A stretch of 17,373 nt of DNA from Candidatus Micrarchaeota archaeon (lineage in GTDB: Archaea; Micrarchaeota; Micrarchaeia; Norongarragalinales; SBBD01): positions 1 through 17,373 of the forward strand of contig JBDRLB010000028.1 of NCBI GenBank assembly GCA_043813365.1. The letters are read 5' to 3'. Below the pieces are notes generated by a model. That model worked only from the letters and a program-made list of their open reading frames with translations. It ran no database searches and was not told where the DNA came from. The position numbers were made by a program, and so were the translations under genes. Position 1 is the first letter of the stretch; every line of letters starts with the position of its first letter. Positions 14,708 to 17,373 of this stretch are shown here, piece after piece.

Positions 14708-15133
14708 ATGAAACATCTCATATTGCCGTTGATGCTTTCCTTGTTATTATTCGGGTGCACTTCAAATACGGATAATCAAGCGGCCTCCGCACCACCGGCA
14801 ATAACCCCGACGAATGAAATTCAAACGACCACCACCCAAATAACAACAACCGTTCCTACAAGCGCCCCGTCCCCATCGAGCGAGGTAAAAACATACACTT
14901 TGGCGGATATCTCTCAACATTCAATTAAAGGCGATTGCTGGCTGGCTATTTACGGGAAGGTCTACGATGTTTCCGAATATACAAAGCATCCGGGAGGCGA
15001 TGCGATCCTGGAGGGATGCGGGAAGGATGCGACCGAGCTGTTTGAAACGCGGCCCATGGGCTCAGGCATGGCGCACTCGGAAGAGGCACAAAGCATGCTT
15101 CCCAATTATTATATCGGCGAGCTTGCTGCCTGA
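14708..15133 (+). CDS. Lipoprotein with a cytochrome b5-like heme/steroid-binding domain
   Basis: Lipobox-like LLFGC and a Thr/Pro linker, then H....DCW..I.GKVYDV..Y..HPGG..I...CGKDAT..F....HS..A...L..Y.IG.L with both heme-ligand His residues. Confidence 0.92.
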   Translation: MKHLILPLMLSLLLFGCTSNTDNQAASAPPAITPTNEIQTTTTQITTTVPTSAPSPSSEVKTYTLADISQHSIKGDCWLAIYGKVYDVSEYTKHPGGDAILEGCGKDATELFETRPMGSGMAHSEEAQSMLPNYYIGELAA

Positions 15134-15134
15134 T

Positions 15135-15605
15135 TCAGCCGTTAAGCTGCCAGACTGAGAAGTTCAGCACAGCAGCGAAGCTGACCCAGAGGATATAGGG
15201 CACCAGCAGGTATGCGGCATTCCTTTCAATGGAATAGAATTTCCTCATAGTTAATACGATCGAAATCCAGAGGGCAATTATCCCGATGAAGCCAAGGAAG
15301 GGGTTTTGCAAACCAAAGAAAAGGTACGACCACCACACGTTCCAGAAAAGCTGCAGCCCGAACAGCTTGATGCCCTTTTCCGTTCCCGGGGTCCGCTTCC
15401 TATTCCATATCAAATACAAGGATACGCCCATCAGGAAATAGAGTAGCGTCCAAACGGGGAAGAAAACCCAGTTGGGAGGTGAAAAATCCGGCTTGATGAG
15501 GCTTGCATACCATGTAGGGATGTTCGGAGTAGTGAATATGGCGCCGATCCCGCCAGCGAGTTCGCAAATGATAATTGCAGCTGCCAATTTCGCCCAATCG
15601 ACCAT
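15135..15605 (-). CDS. tspO: TspO/MBR tryptophan-rich sensory protein
   Basis: WYASLIKP.F.PPNW.F.PVWT.LY, LQL..N..WS..FFG and LLVPY..WV.FA..LN. ATG 15605 follows an AGGTGA SD. Confidence 0.95.
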   Translation of the reverse strand: MVDWAKLAAAIIICELAGGIGAIFTTPNIPTWYASLIKPDFSPPNWVFFPVWTLLYFLMGVSLYLIWNRKRTPGTEKGIKLFGLQLFWNVWWSYLFFGLQNPFLGFIGIIALWISIVLTMRKFYSIERNAAYLLVPYILWVSFAAVLNFSVWQLNG

Positions 15606-15894
15606 ATCAACATTCACCTAGAACATTAAACATACCCTATAAAAATCATTCTGCCGGAAGCTTTGAAGATTCCATCATAAGGGCCTCCTCCTTGGGAGGC
15701 GCCCTGCTAATTGCGGTTTCATTGCTGATAAGGCCGGCGTAATTGAGGAATCTTCCTTGAATTTTTCGCGTTCGCAAAGAAAACAAGGGCGTCTGGCAGC
15801 AAAATCGCAATGGCATCCGGATTGGCAGTGATGCTCCTGCTAATTTCCCCCCTTTACCTTACGTGGCCCAAATTCATCATGGTGTTGGGCTGAA

Positions 15895-16455
15895 TCAGCT
15901 CATTTTTTCATTCAGTACTATCTTCTTAGTCATGCCATACGGGAAGGTTTTAACCACTTTCTTTGCTTCAAGTCGCTGCAATATGCGGAAGGTCTTTACC
16001 GGCGAGAAGCCTGTGCGCATGGAAAGCTGTTTCTGGGTGGATTCGCCGCGGTTCCTCACAAGCTCATCGTAAACCGCCCTTTCCTCCTCGGTAAGCAGCG
16101 TGGTTATGACGAAATTCTTGGTTTCCTTGTGCTCTTTTTCACGGACGTACTTCATCAGCACATACCCATTGGCAAGGAATGCGATGCCAGTAAGCAAAAT
16201 TCCCAGTGCGGGGAGGGAAAAAACGTATGCCAGGCTGCTTTCGGGTATCCTTTCCCTGAAGAAAGGCCGAGTTTCGTTGCCAATTGAGGGGGAAGGCGGA
16301 ATAATTGATGAATTGAAGCCCCTTTCCCTGCTGTCGGGCAATATCTGGACGATATCGTTGCGCCAGATTGCATTGTATGCAAGCGCGATGTAAGCGATCA
16401 CGAGGAATCCGCCATAGATCAGGGAAAAATATGCTAGCCACCTTAATTCCCTCAT
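15895..16455 (-). CDS. Membrane-anchored winged-helix (MarR-like, COG2512-type) protein
   Basis: Two TM segments followed by LTEEER.VY..L....GE.TQ..L...TGFS.VK..RIL.RLE.K.VV...PYG.TK.I.L, with an AGGTGA SD. Confidence 0.85.
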   Translation of the reverse strand: MRELRWLAYFSLIYGGFLVIAYIALAYNAIWRNDIVQILPDSRERGFNSSIIPPSPSIGNETRPFFRERIPESSLAYVFSLPALGILLTGIAFLANGYVLMKYVREKEHKETKNFVITTLLTEEERAVYDELVRNRGESTQKQLSMRTGFSPVKTFRILQRLEAKKVVKTFPYGMTKKIVLNEKMS

Positions 16456-16585
16456 ATTTATTTCACCTTATTTCATTTCAGAAGAAAATAATTTCAATTG
16501 ATTACTTATTACAGGTTATTTCAAGGTAGTTATATAAGCAAGTAATAATATATAATTGTTTACTTTTTTATAAAAAGGTGGAAAC

Positions 16586-17323
16586 TTGAAGGAAAAAGAA
16601 ACGGCAAATGTCCTCGAATTCAGGGAAGTGGTAAAGGAGTACAAGCTGGGGAAAAAGATGCTCCGCGTCCTGAACGGGATCACGTTTGCTGTAAAAAAAG
16701 GAGAGTTCATCGTAATAATGGGTCCATCAGGAAGCGGAAAGAGCACCATGCTCCAGTTAATGGGATGCCTCGACAAGCCTTCTTTTGGGAAAGTGGTAAT
16801 TGATGGCGATAACACGTCGGCACTTAGCTCGAACAGGCTTGCAGACATCCGCAGGAAGAAAATCGGCTTTGTTTTCCAGGCATTCAACCTTCTCCCAAAT
16901 TTTTCGGCTCTCCAAAATGTCGAACTGGCCATGTCCATTGATGAAAAGCCAAAATCCGTGCGCCTTGCAAGGGCAAGGAAGCTGCTGGGGCTGGTTGGGC
17001 TCGCCCAAAGGGAAAACCATAAGCCGGCAGAGCTTTCAGGCGGGGAAAAGCAAAGGGTGGCAATCGCAAGGGCACTTGCCAATAAGCCGTCGTTCCTCCT
17101 TGCTGATGAGCCTACAGGCAATTTAGATTCTAAATCCGGGGGGGAAATCATGTCCCTGATAAGGTCCCTTTGGAAGGAAGAAGGCACCTCGATCGTTATG
17201 GTCACACACGAACCCCATGTCGCGCAGTATTCCCAACGGATCCTGCACATACTTGACGGAAGGATTGAATCGGAGGAAAGGCCCAATCACAAATTTAAAA
17301 AATCAAACTTGAAAAGCAAATAA
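16586..17323 (+). CDS. ABC transporter ATP-binding protein, LolD/MacB family
   Basis: Walker A GPSGSGKST, GFVFQ.FNL, signature LSGGEKQRVAIARAL, Walker B LLADEPTGNLD and H-loop VTHE. TTG start follows AGGTGG. Confidence 0.95.
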   Translation: MKEKETANVLEFREVVKEYKLGKKMLRVLNGITFAVKKGEFIVIMGPSGSGKSTMLQLMGCLDKPSFGKVVIDGDNTSALSSNRLADIRRKKIGFVFQAFNLLPNFSALQNVELAMSIDEKPKSVRLARARKLLGLVGLAQRENHKPAELSGGEKQRVAIARALANKPSFLLADEPTGNLDSKSGGEIMSLIRSLWKEEGTSIVMVTHEPHVAQYSQRILHILDGRIESEERPNHKFKKSNLKSK

Positions 17324-17333
17324 GGTGGTGTAG

Positions 17334-17373
17334 ATGAATGGGAAAAAATCGTTTATCGGAGTGCTGATGATGG
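17334..17373 (+). CDS. 5' fragment of a probably secreted protein, truncated by the window edge
   Basis: AGGTGGTG SD then ATG. MNGKKSFIGVLMM resembles the start of a signal peptide. Confidence 0.6.
   Translation, partial: MNGKKSFIGVLMM

Noticed and set aside
16516..17286. 256-aa minus-strand ORF
   Set aside because: Classic antisense shadow of an ABC ATPase gene.

Overview
Archaeal chromosomal segment, probably from a DPANN lineage such as Micrarchaeota or Diapherotrites/Iainarchaeota. This is inferred from an intron-containing tRNA, CCA-less tRNA genes, TATA-type promoters, oapC, a COG2512-like gene and a DPANN-type Cys-rich surface repeat. Left to right: a divergent TraB/Tiki-like protein, a basic orphan, uppP/bacA split by a single-base frameshift, a conserved hypothetical protein, a repeat-bearing spacer, tRNA-Arg(CCU) with a 110-nt intron, BofA-like, oapC, tRNA-Thr(CGU) with an A18/G55 elbow, two PspC genes and an inositol-monophosphatase-family enzyme. 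Next comes a cluster of CPA2 antiporter, deoxyhypusine-synthase-like enzyme, agmatinase and pyruvoyl decarboxylase (SpeD-like). It is followed by a surface-protein pair, two alpha/beta hydrolases, a LUD protein, a cytochrome-b5 lipoprotein converging on TspO, a membrane-anchored wHTH protein and a LolD/MacB-type ABC ATPase. The best candidates for new biology are a possible arginine-to-homospermidine module lacking spermidine synthase, the long tRNA intron with no clean BHB motif, and the unexplained repeat/hairpin element downstream of tRNA-Arg. No CRISPR array, integrase or transposase was seen. All family assignments come from motif recognition by eye, not database searches.
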